The translations under genes were made by a program, and so were the position numbers. Below, piece by piece: positions 53,515-64,000 of a stretch of 64,000 nucleotides of DNA. The DNA is from Laetmonice hystrix (Eukaryota). Numbering within the stretch: position 1 is the first letter of the stretch; each line of letters opens with the position of its first letter. Under the pieces are notes generated by a model. The model was not told the DNA's origin. It searched no databases and saw only the letters and a program-made list of their open reading frames with translations. The DNA is taken from NCBI GenBank assembly GCA_965235115.1, contig OZ249436.1, positions 43,340,001 to 43,404,000 on the forward strand, in the 5' to 3' direction.

Positions 53515-56500
53515 TTAGGAACACCCAAGAGATTTTTCCTTGCGCAACCTGCGTAGCAGCAGCCAAAGATTGTTTCTGAATCCTTCTCCACCAGTCCAGC
53601 TAACTTCCCAAAGATAGTCTCGCCACTCGCTATGGACCTCCAGGAACTTTGACAAAACTACGAACATTGGACAACCATTCTTCTTTACTCAAAATCAAAT
53701 GCATTTACAATAAAATCATACTTTTTTTAAACATAATTGGTTTACGTTTACAAGGATATTGTTTATAAGCTGTATTTAGTTTCGGCATAAAAAACTTGCT
53801 TATGTCAGGGCAATAAAAGCAATAAAATATAAAGAATCTTTCAATATAATCAAAGCATTGGAAAGCTTCTCATTTCAAATGAATGAACACTAATGATATT
53901 TGGAACCTGGAATCTTTGTATAAGCAGTGGTGCTAGGTTTGGTGGCTTACTCTGTATATATGGAAAGACATACAAAAATAAAACCTAATATACACACCTT
54001 TAAACATGTTTTCAGATACTGGTTCACTGAGGCCAATATTTTCCTGTGGAAACATATGAACCACATCTAGTAGAATCCCTGTCGCGAGACCTTGTCGTCT
54101 CCACAACTTCCTGATATAGATGAGATCTAGGACAGGCATTTGATAGACATCTGAGCCACAACCTGTGTACGGAGCACCTGCAGACAGAATTCAATATTTA
54201 GCCACAACCTGTGTACGGAGCACCTGCAGACAGAATGCAATATTTAGCCACAACCTGTGTACGGAGCACCTGCAGACAGAATGCAATATTTAGCCACAAC
54301 CTGTGTACAGAGCACCTGCAGACAGAATGCAATATTTAGCCACAACCTGTGTACAGAGCACCTGCAGACAGAATGCAATATTTAGCCACAACCTGTGTAC
54401 GGAGAACCTGGAGATAGAATTCAATATTTAGCCACAACCTGTGTACGGAGCACCTGCAGACAGAATGCCACATTTATCAAGGAAACTCTAAAAAGATAGG
54501 AGTTGCACTTTCCGCAGCTGGTCGGCCATCAACAGGGCGAGGGTTTTCCCCACAGCTATTGAAACTGCAGATACCTGGGCCCAGTTTTTCAAAAATTTTC
54601 AACTTGAGTAAAGCTTACTTAAGTAAACTAACAGGCTTCTGATTGGCTAGCCTAAGCAGACTAGCCAATCAGGAGCTTTACTTAAGTAAGCTTTACTCAA
54701 GTTGAGAATTTTTGAAAAACTAGGACCTGGATAAAGAAATTTCTCATCTGGAAAACGTACTACTCTGCATATCCTGGTTGTCATTTAACTTCGCATGACA
54801 CTCTTAATTCGTGGTGGCTAAAGGTGATATGTTTTAAGTGAAAATTAAACAATTAAAAACAAATTTGATAAACATTCTGATATATTGAAGCTGTTAGCAG
54901 CCTCCGCCAAAAAGTGACCTGCATACCTTTTAATTTCATGGTATAAAAACCCGCTGCTTGACCGTCGACCCAGAATATCTTGGCAAACTCTGTGGGACCA
55001 GGGCAGAGGAATGTCAACTGATGATCATCGTTGTCAGATCTCTCCTGTTGGAAAATAATCTTGGTGAGAATGTAGAGAACCACTCGTTCTGCGTACGTTG
55101 TGACCTGTGGACAAACAACATGTCATCGACATTAGGGTGCCGTCGCTTACATGATATTTAAAATTGATGAATAATAAGATCTTTCTTCTTACACGATCAT
55201 CACCTACAGACCAGTTCATGTGTGACTTGACATGCATGCCAATATAGGTCTCGGCTTCTATCACTGACGACATTCATACCTCTATCAGATTCACACAACC
55301 CAAATTCTTATTATTTTTAGGGACTTTTAATGCCTTAAAACTTGTTGACATCAATTTCTGAAACTTCTGAAATGCTCTCTTAACCCTCTGAATGCAGCAG
55401 GTGGCATACAGTGACAGCTCATTAGATATTAAAAAGGGCACTCAATACTATGCAATTTTTTTATTGAAAGCTTAGATAATTTTTTATGCACCAAAAAACA
55501 CAGCCTTTGGGCACCACAGCTAAACTAATTCACTACATGTACAAAAAATGTATATCAAAACAGTGTTTTCCCTTGGTGTCGGACCGTCATTTCGAGCTGA
55601 TGATGTTCACCTAAAACAAGGGTCAGCCATTTTACCTAGTAAGTACCCAGTGGAGTACAAGGGAGTCGGGTGACACAGACTGCGCCTGGTTCCGTTCAGT
55701 CTTGCCTTCAACCAAACCACTGAAATATCTAATTAAAACACTTACCTCTTGTAATCCATGCCGGGTAGTATCTGATGACTTGAGACAGTCTTCGACAGGA
55801 TACCACTTCCCCAGAAACCTCAGAGCTCCACCTAAAATTGACAGTGTTCAAGTCTGTCAATCAAATCACTGTGTTAAAATTGGTGCAGACAGGGATATTC
55901 AACCAATGGTTGGTTTTACACTGGTTGGTTTTAGTACCTAGGTAAAACTATTTTGCTACCAAAGAAAGAGTAAGCCAATGTACAAGGTGGATGACTGGCT
56001 TTACAATACCGGTAATTCCAATTATGAAATCCTTTCTGTTTTCTTCTCAGGACACATCATAAAATACATGCACCGGTAGTCCAACGAATGTTAAAATTAG
56101 TTGTCACTACTGTCAGATTGCATCTGGCTCCCAAATGTAGCCTCAGACTCTTTTTTGAGCCAGGGAACCCTACTGCATGGACCCTTAAAAAATTCTCCAA
56201 AAATGGGCCCTGTACACAAACACAAAAAGACTTCTCAAAATGAGTTGCAAATGGAGTCATGTGCAAATGGAGTCTGATCAGTCAAAGTTTTCTCTTTTAT
56301 TATCATTTTTTTCCGAGGGGGGGGGGGGGGCTTAACTGACTTGAAGTTTAGTTGAGCACTTCTAGTATTAGCTCAAGGTAAAAATCTGAGTCAAGCATTA
56401 TGAGGTGAAGATCAGAGTCAAGCACGAGGTAAAAATCAGTTTTTTACTTACTGGCATTACAATTTGGACAGTGCTGCACAATCAACCAGTTGTGGTTTTC

Positions 56501-59500
56501 TTCACTGACACAACTATCTGTAGCTATATCCTCTTCATGGTCACCATAGAGATGCTCTTTTCTCATGTGTAGGGGTGACATCAAAGGCTGCAATAAAACG
56601 TGCTTAAATCTCTCATTTAGGATCGGAACGTTGACACCAAGCAGTTCAATCAGATATGAGTAATCTTCAGCCAGCGGTGAACACTAATCCTGCATTCTAC
56701 CCCAAGAGCACAGCCCATGCTAACCGGGCAGAAGTTGAGGTCAACCTTATGAATATTAATAGGATCTGTCATCGTCGCACCACCCGCACTAAAGGTCCTT
56801 ACTTCTCGCAAAAAGGCCTGATAGCCTTGCCCAGTTCACTGATAAACAAATGTGTCCCTCCCTAACAAAACAGTTTGTAGCACTCTAAGTCAGTCTCTGA
56901 CTTTATATACGGTTTAACATGCGAAATTCTAAAGTTTAGCTCCCCTGTCATCGTCGCTTCGCGCTGGCATCCAAACATTAGGTCTATACTGGCCTGCTCG
57001 CGGCCCGGGCGCTGGCTGTCGCTCTCAGCCTAGCTCTGTGCCAGGGACGTTCCTATTGGCTAACCAGAAATGCACGCTAATTTTTATGAATCGCGCCTCA
57101 GGCAGTGCTGTAATCTGGCACTGCGAGCTACGCGTTTTTAAGAATAGGCGGGCGGGCAGGCAGGAGGGGGGTGAATCACTGGAAGCGGTTCAACCCTGAG
57201 CGGGGGAGGATGTAGTCTATATATAATCACGTCTATGATGTATGTAATGTATGACTGAGGACCGTGCTCTGACTGACGTGACTGTCTGAGCGCTGAGGGT
57301 AGGCCATTCGTTTAGCCGCCGGGGGATGATTTAAAGGGCTATATATGGGTAAAATTTGACACGTTCGACACAGCCATAAAAAAGAAGGACGACATTGCGA
57401 CATCCTCTTCTTAAGTGCGACGGACAGAGCTCCCAAATGGCTGATAAAATTCGACGCGAGACATCCAGAATTGCAATAAAAATAGACATGAGACACATTC
57501 ATTTACTTAACAGGTGACACAGGACATCGCCAATAGGGAGGTTGCGCTGCCGGTATCTGACACTAGATGGCGCGTCGAATACGGGTTTCCGGTTGTGGAG
57601 CTTACCACTGAGCGTGAACGGTGATGCAGCCAAGATCACAGCTTTTAACACACTTTCGACAGTGTGTCCCACCCATGTGGGTGAAACATGTTGCCTTACA
57701 TGCTAATATATCTGTGATTACAGTACGTCTACACTAGTCTATAGAGTTGATTTAGGCGGGCCTAGTCGGACCGGCTAAAGTTCCTATCGTGTTGACTGTT
57801 GAGTTAGAGCAGCTCATGCCGCTTTGCCTGGCAGTCACGCTGGCTTGAAGACTCGTTGAGCAAGATTGAATCGCTGAGTTGGCCAATATAGAATGTTAAA
57901 TTGCTAATAAAGATGAAACTTCGATCAGTTTTAATACATCAAGTGCCAAGTGATTATAGATGGCCCCGTAACTTGACCAGCTGCACGCCCGTGTCGTGCC
58001 TGCCTTGCCGTGAAGCGAAGATTAATGCACCATGTGACCGAGTCTTGGGATTGTGATTGGACGAAATTTGCATAAGCGCGGACGCGGGAGGAACTCACTC
58101 GTCGGGCTGTCTAGATGCTTTGGATGTACCTCTATGAAAGACATAATATTCAGTCGTCTTTGCTAAAGTTTAACGTTAGGGTTAATTAAGCCAAGGGACC
58201 GCGACGGTGATGTGCCCCTCTCACTCACTGTCGGGGCTATTTGGGACTGAGTGAGTCGCAGAGCAGATCAACGGTGCGGCCTGCTCGCTGCTGTCAACAC
58301 TCAGCCGAGGCAGGTTGAGCAGCGTTGTTGCATGCCCCAACTGACACGTTTTATCTTGCATTCTGTGTCTTCTGGGCTCGAATTTTAATTATTTTATACC
58401 AAGGGTCTCTAAGCGGAAAAAATCTCTGTTCTTAAGTTGTACACTTGGGCAGAAAGCGCCACCCTTGGCCTGACTGCAAGGCACCGCACCTGACCGGAAA
58501 CCCGTATTCGACGCGCCACCTAGTGTAAAATTTTGTAAGCTCCCGGCACAACCTCCCTATTATTAAATAGCGACGTGAGACGTAGGCCTACCGTAAAAGC
58601 GACATAGATCTGCCATATCCATCTACATCTCTTACACTCTTAGTCTTAGACTGGAGCCAGTGTCACAGCATTCTTAGAATCCTACCGCAGCGCACTGCTT
58701 AAAAAGTGACACACGACATGGTTGAATCATTTTAAAAAGTGACATGGGACATGGACAAATTTCTTATCATGTGACACTGGGACACACTCCATTCGGAAAA
58801 CCTCGGCCCAACTTCCGGTCGCTTCGCTGTAGTTGTGCTCGGACACCCCTCGACGCATTAATATACATGGATTCCATGTATCGCCCCAATGCGCAATGAC
58901 ACAAGACTGGCACAGGTAGTGAGATGCCGGCAGAAATTGAGTCCCTTATATATATAGTGGTTAGAGCCTCTAATAATGGTGTTAGTAAACTCATATAGAC
59001 CAGATATCATTATAAAGTTGTTTTTATGGTAACAACTTTGACCAAACATAGATCAATCGAATAAAATGACCCGGCCACTTCGCGACAGCTCTGCAGGGCC
59101 GCACGGGTGGCTCCCGGTGGGGACAGCTAGGGGTGCCCGGCGGTCCGCGGGCTGGGAGTCGCCCTGGCTCATAATATTGAACCACTTTGAGTATCGATTT
59201 GCCGTATTATTTGCCTTGATTTGACTCGATTCAACACAAGGGTGTTCAACATAACGCTTAACATGAGAGTCAAGTCGTCAAAATGAACCGTCACAATCCC
59301 GTAAAATGAAAGAAGTCAAAGTTCAAACCGTCACAGAAAAACGGGTGTGACGATTCAACGGGGGCGTGTAACGGTTTGACAGGCTACCTTGATTCGATAA
59401 ATAAGGAACAGTCCACGTTTTCATGCTAAATGTCATTGTCAAGAAAGGCTACAATCCGTGACAAATTCGGTTTCAGTTTTTTGCCAACTAACGAAGAAAG

Positions 59501-60011
59501 CCGTCTATTGACAGCACCACAGCACAGACACTAGCGAGTGGCGGCCATTGTTGTTTACATGGGACGCTACGACAGTAGTGCGCTGACCCCATCTGACCCA
59601 ATATGGCGACCTCCGATTGGTATCCGAGTCTCTCTACATCGTAAAGGGCTCGGTGTTCCGAATGGGACACACTCGTCACACAGGCATAAAAAATAGCACC
59701 CATACTTGTAGGCCTATTTAACCCGGTCAACCCTGCTTAATTAAAACTTTATCCTATAGATAATGAGCAGGAAAACTAGTTTCACATCTCCGACACCTAG
59801 TGCGTACGCCTACCTCGTACGAACAGACCGGGCACCCCCCGCCTCCGTCTTCAGTGGGCCCACTTCCGGAAGTCCCGTGTTGGGCACCCGCTCCATCACA
59901 AACATGATGTCCAAAATCGGCGTTCCTTTCGGTAGCTTCTCCCTCCTCCGAGCCAGTCTTTCCGCAGTACGACTCCTGACCACCTAATAATTTGTCAAAA
60001 ACAAACTCCAT
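53515..60011 (-). CDS. FAM169: FAM169-family protein (GNAT-like domain) with putative N-terminal zinc finger; 6 coding exons, 306 aa
   Basis: Exons 60011-59814, 56587-56452, 55831-55746, 55104-54927, 54177-53998, 53657-53515; all GT-AG, phases consistent, total 921 nt. Motifs ALRFLGKWYPVEDCLKS, ERVVLYILTKIIF, AKIFWVDGQAAGFYTMKLKG, YQMPVLDLIYIRKLWRRQGLA, LWEVSWTGGEGFRNNLW match FAM169A/B as I recall them. The first exon is the least certain. Confidence 0.85.
54154..54468. repeat. 46-bp tandem repeat, 7 copies, spanning the intron 4/exon 5 junction of the FAM169-like gene
   Basis: AGCCACAACC at 54154, 54200, 54246, 54292, 54338, 54384, 54430. Confidence 0.97.
54578..54726. mobile_element. Near-perfect hairpin MITE (Harbinger-like, CTG TSD) in FAM169 intron 4
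   Basis: CTG|GGCCCAGTTTTTCAAAAATTTTCAACTTGAGTAAAGCTTACTTAAGTAAA...TTTACTTAAGTAAGCTTTACTCAAGTTGAGAATTTTTGAAAAACTAGGAC|CTG. Confidence 0.85.
57532..58561. mobile_element. ~1-kb non-autonomous TIR element in FAM169 intron 1
   Basis: AATAGGGAGGTTG / CAACCTCCCTATT plus ACACTAGATGGCGCGTCGAATACGGGTTTCCGGT / ACCGGAAACCCGTATTCGACGCGCCACCTAGTGT. Confidence 0.8.
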
Positions 60012-61064
60012 AGGACTTCGTGTTCACTTGGTGCACTCTTCTCACTCTCAGTCGTGATTTTCGGGGTTCTTCCTGCGTACTGACACATGGTACTGATCTA
60101 CTGCAGCGCCATCTGCTGAGTAGGTGGTGGACGTTTAGTAGCTCTAAATGCCGGGAGACGGCGCTGTAGTAAATGTAGCACCGGATAACAAAGTGACCGG
60201 GCGACTAACGACGACTGGCGCAAACTACCATTACAAAAAATTATTACGGACCACATCAGGATTTCGGCGGGGCATGAGCGCCCACTCCTTGGATCTGGGG
60301 GTATGACCTGCTTACACTAAATTGCTATTTTTGATGTGATTTCTTCAAAATTTGGTGCTAGAAGTGGCTTCTACAGAACTGCTAGATATCATGATCAAAT
60401 GAACTCAGAAACCTTCATTTACTTGGAATGATAGGCCTACTTACAAAATATCTCCGATATTAATGTGGAACTAATGGTAAAAAGGCTAAAAGATCTGGAA
60501 GTAGTTCTATTATGATAAGATCCATAGATTAGTAAGCTGAAGGAGTGAGGGGGCCAAACCTGGGGATTTTTATAGGACCATTTTAGTGTGGGGGGGGGCA
60601 AAACATACTTTGCCCCCCCCCCCCCCCACACACACACTTTCTTTGGTGGGGGTGGGGGGCATGGCCCCTGTGCCCTCCCTGTTCCTACATCCCTGTCGTA
60701 ACCCTGTCGGGCGTAAACCCCCAATTGAAAATACGACAAGCTAACGACAGGTTGTAAAACGCACCCCTGAATGTACTGGTGGCGCCACCTGCTGTCAGGA
60801 ATAGAAAACATCGAATAAATCCGTCTGCCTGCCAGCGACCCCAAGCGTGAGGACCGGGAACCAGTTTACCTATTTGTGTACACATATTTATTCGTATTTA
60901 TTCCTAACCCTATTTATTATGTAAACATATAGAAACGCCGATACTCTACACAGCGTCCTATGGAGAATAAAATCCTTGAATCCTTGGAGCTGGCGAAACC
61001 TTCCGGAAATTACCGAGAATTTCCGGGAGATCACGAGAAGCAGAAGCAGTCGACGTCTACCACC
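60012..61064. promoter_or_regulatory. Probable bidirectional promoter between the divergent FAM169-like and Ig-domain genes; includes a MITE end at about 60550-60695
   Basis: Start codons about 1.05 kb apart, head-to-head; CCGGAA (ETS-like) near 61003; CTCF-like motifs near 60106 and 60782. Confidence 0.55.
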
Positions 61065-64000
61065 ATGATGTGTAAGTCGTTAAAAGTGTCGACATAAACA
61101 AGGCTTTAAGCCACCAAACTTTAATATACGAGGCAATGTAACATGTTCATGCTACGTGTTAAGATTCAGACACTCGGACGACATCAATATCTGCAACTGT
61201 CAATATCCACTAGTAGTAGAATTCGCCAGGTGATTTTAGGCATACATACGTAAAACTCTCTCCCCCCCCCCCCTCCTCGAGTACTGCGGGGTTCCCACAG
61301 GACACGCGCGGCCGATTATTTTCTACTGTGCGCGCGCGTTTCTTGAACGCGCGCGCGACCAGATCATGAGAAAATTATCGTATAGGCTAGTGTGCGGCGG
61401 GCATTAAATGGGGTTTGGTGGTGGTATCCTAGCAAACAGTACACCTCCACGTGCAATCTACGTGAGAAACTAGTGTATTTTTACACGTAAATGATGTGTA
61501 AAAAACATCATGTCTATTCAATGCTTCAACATTCTGTGAAAACCAGCCTCAGCATGAGTCGGAGAAAACCTGTGAAAACCCTATTCCAGTGGCGCCTGCA
61601 CTGGCTGCAGCCTATACGCACTACATGTATACGCATGTGTGTATAATGGAAAATTTTGTTGAAAATTTTTTTATGCTTAAATAAACAAATCGGTTCTAAA
61701 ATCCGACCTGACTTTGGTAACGTAACTCGTTCGAACCAGCACTATTGTATTAAACATTTATAAATCCTATTTCTAAACCACTCCTCGTTATTCTCTACCT
61801 TTAAATCTGTGCGTATACTGTAAAATATTTCTGCAGGTGCCCCTGTATTCTATAAGTGTGCTGCTACTCTGACTTAGGCAAGGTAAAAAGGGAATTTGTG
61901 TCAAATGTGCTGAGCATTTTCTCCAAGATGAGTGAAGATCCGACTTAAGAAATCCGACCAGCATGTAGATTTTCATTCAGTAAAACATTACAGATCATCC
62001 GTACCACGAAACTTTGTGTGAGATGAGTCAAGATTCGACGTAAGAAATCCGACCAGCATGTAGATTTTCATTCAGTAAAACATTACAGATCATCCGTACC
62101 ATGAAACTTTGTGTGAGATCAGGGAAGATCTGATTTATACATGTCCGTCTTAATGCGAATTTGACTCTAATTGCTCTGACAGAATGCAGAAAAAGATATG
62201 ATATAATTGTTGCCATTATTTTCAGATGCCAAGATTATGTTGAGTGTCCTTGTTGGGCTATGTAGCTGTTTTATCCATGTTAGATGTGGGAGGAGGTGTA
62301 TTGAGAAAGAACCAGTTACTTGTCAGAGTCCAAGTAAGTCTTTTGAATGTTACGTAGTTAAAATCATCTGTTTGTGTAACTTGGCACTAGGGCTGAAACG
62401 ATTCATCGATATATCGGATTATTGGTGCATCACGATATTTTGTGTCCAATACGATACATCCATATGTATGTCAAAGTATCGATTCAAAACGATACGCCAT
62501 ATCATAACATATCGATAGAAAACGATAACATATCTGGGAATACCTGCAGCTAGTGTGCCTTCTGAAAGAGTGTGCTTTTACTGCTGTGGACATTGTTACT
62601 GCCCAGCATTCTGTGTTAAGTGCAGAAAATGTTGACTAACTTATATTCTTGAAAAAAAACCTGAAGGCTATGTAAGGCAAGCAATATAAGCAGCTGCATG
62701 CCCCCTCTCGAGCCCTATTAAAATGTTTGCAATTTAAACAGATGCATCTTATTCTTATTCATTTTCAGCATAGTACACTTTTAGTTTCATTGAGAAATAT
62801 CGTGATACGTATCGTATCGTTTGTCATGTATTCTCGTGATGCGTATCGTATCGTGACACAAGTGTATCGTTTCAGCCCTACTTGTCACTTGTTATTGGAA
62901 ATGATATGCAATAATGTACCGTAATGGTGGACATGACCCAGTTCAAGCATATCTTACAGAGTAATCTTGTGGACATGTCTGTGAATCATACCTTAATTTG
63001 ACCTTTTGTGTGACATGCGACATTGATTTGTTGCCATAGTAAATCCCAGAAACATGGGCGAGTTCTTAGTGTCAGTGAGGTGTTTTCATTCTCAGATGGA
63101 GTGTGCGAGGCCAGCGTATCTGTCGGCCATGATCTTTCCCTCATCTGTATGACCTGGGAAGCTCAACGATGGTGTGACGAATTTAGTGACTTTGGAAAGG
63201 GACGCATGCTTGCAGTGGATTGGTTCAGAGATGGAAAGTTGCTTTCATTTAGTGCAAATCATTCTTGTACAGTTGAAACCTGGTGAGTACTGCTTTTAAT
63301 GTTTCAAATTCAGTTTGTTCTATATTGGTGGCTGCTGGCTTTGGCTGATTCATTTAACAAACATGAACAGGGGTAGATTTCTTGCGTGATTTTTTAGGAG
63401 TCAGCAGGACTCATAAGTTGTAAAATTTAGGAGTCCACCAAAAAATGTGGGAGTACACTAACCTATAGGGAATACAACGTGACTGGATGTAAAAAAAGAC
63501 CAATTACAGAGAGTTTTATGCCATAATATAATAGTTTGGCATAAACACTCAAGTAATCGAGGCAAGAATGGGGGGGGGGGGGCTGAGTGAAATATATCAG
63601 TCTTGTGAGCCCTGCTGAGTAGCAGATATATTCGGTTCTCCGTGACTTAGCGATCATCACCTGGTCCTGGGTTAAAATCTGCATCAGTCTTGTGTGTAAA
63701 TGTCTAGGAGACAGCCGGACTCCTGGTCAGGTGGCTGCCAGGAGTCCGTCCCAATTTTTGGGAGTCTCGGACTCACAGACTCCCGTCGAAATCGACCCCT
63801 GATGAAGATGTTACTGGCCCAACATGATGGCAGCAACACTGGGTCCAATTGGTGGGAAACCGGGAATAAGAACAGTCAGCCCAACTCAAACACCAACCTC
63901 AATGGCATTTGATTTTTATTTACAGTCAGGGCTTTGTGAAAGAGATATCAGGTCAGAGTTTGGTGTTAGCCAATGCCACCAGGGACATGGCCGGAAATTA
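61065..64000 (+). CDS. Signal-peptide-bearing immunoglobulin-domain protein, 5' part (continues beyond the window)
   Basis: Exons 61065-61071, 62226-62333, 63096-63282, 63926-end, all GT-AG and in phase: MMYAKIMLSVLVGLCSCFIHVRC...VSVGHDLSLIC...VDWFRDGKLL...SLVLANATRDMAGNY, i.e. Ig B-strand Cys, C-strand Trp and a D..G.Y F-strand motif; Kozak CACCATG. Confidence 0.85.
61934..62119. repeat. ~95-bp tandem duplication in intron 1 of the Ig gene
   Basis: TAAGAAATCCGACCAGCATGTAGATTTTCATTCAGTAAAACATTACAGATCATCCGTACC occurs twice. Confidence 0.9.
62388..62880 (+). mobile_element. Internally deleted hAT transposon with 8-bp TSD and a remnant of the C-terminal dimerisation domain
   Basis: CTTGGCAC|TAGGGCTGAAACGAT ... 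ATCGTTTCAGCCCTA|CTTGTCAC; about 62531-62665 translates, with a frameshift and a stop, to YLGIPAASVPSERV..FTAVDIVTAQHSVLSAENVD*LIFLKKN. Confidence 0.92.
63368..63801. mobile_element. hAT-type MITE with a 5-bp TSD (ATGAA), in intron 3 of the Ig gene
   Basis: ATGAA|CAGGGGTAGATTTC ... GAAATCGACCCCTG|ATGAA; GGAGTC/GACTCC subrepeats. Confidence 0.82.

Noticed and set aside
57233..57502. Alternative first exon of FAM169 (phase-0 GTCAGT donor near 57277)
   Set aside because: No recognisable homology; the 60011-59814 exon has a better promoter context and completes the zinc-finger pattern. Not excluded without RNA data
63780..63830. Hammerhead ribozyme core (CTGATGA near GAAA)
   Set aside because: The motif is created by the MITE end plus TSD (CCCCTG|ATGAA); the required helices and motif order are absent

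Overview
Repeat-rich animal nuclear DNA with spliceosomal introns, probably a marine invertebrate bilaterian (lophotrochozoan-like; inference only). There is no prokaryotic content, CRISPR array or rRNA. Three host genes are supported. (1) An intronless class A neuropeptide-type GPCR (46125-47579, +). (2) A six-exon FAM169-family gene that I assembled by hand (60011-53515, -, 306 aa), with a GNAT acetyl-CoA motif and an apparent N-terminal zinc finger. (3) The 5' part of a signal-peptide Ig-domain gene (61065 to past the window end, +), head-to-head with the FAM169 gene. The rest is a >9.4 kb 40/43-bp satellite with higher-order structure, about 15 other minisatellites, GA/GAG microsatellites, three LINE fragments, and many non-autonomous DNA transposons (hAT, Kolobok-like, Harbinger-like, Ginger-like), some nested. 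The most notable observations are a 7-copy 46-bp array duplicating a FAM169 splice acceptor (a possible intron being born by AG|GT duplication), the zinc finger + GNAT architecture, a minisatellite matching a hAT subterminal motif, and a MITE with CTCF motifs in both ends. Almost all long ORFs in the supplied track are repeat artefacts.
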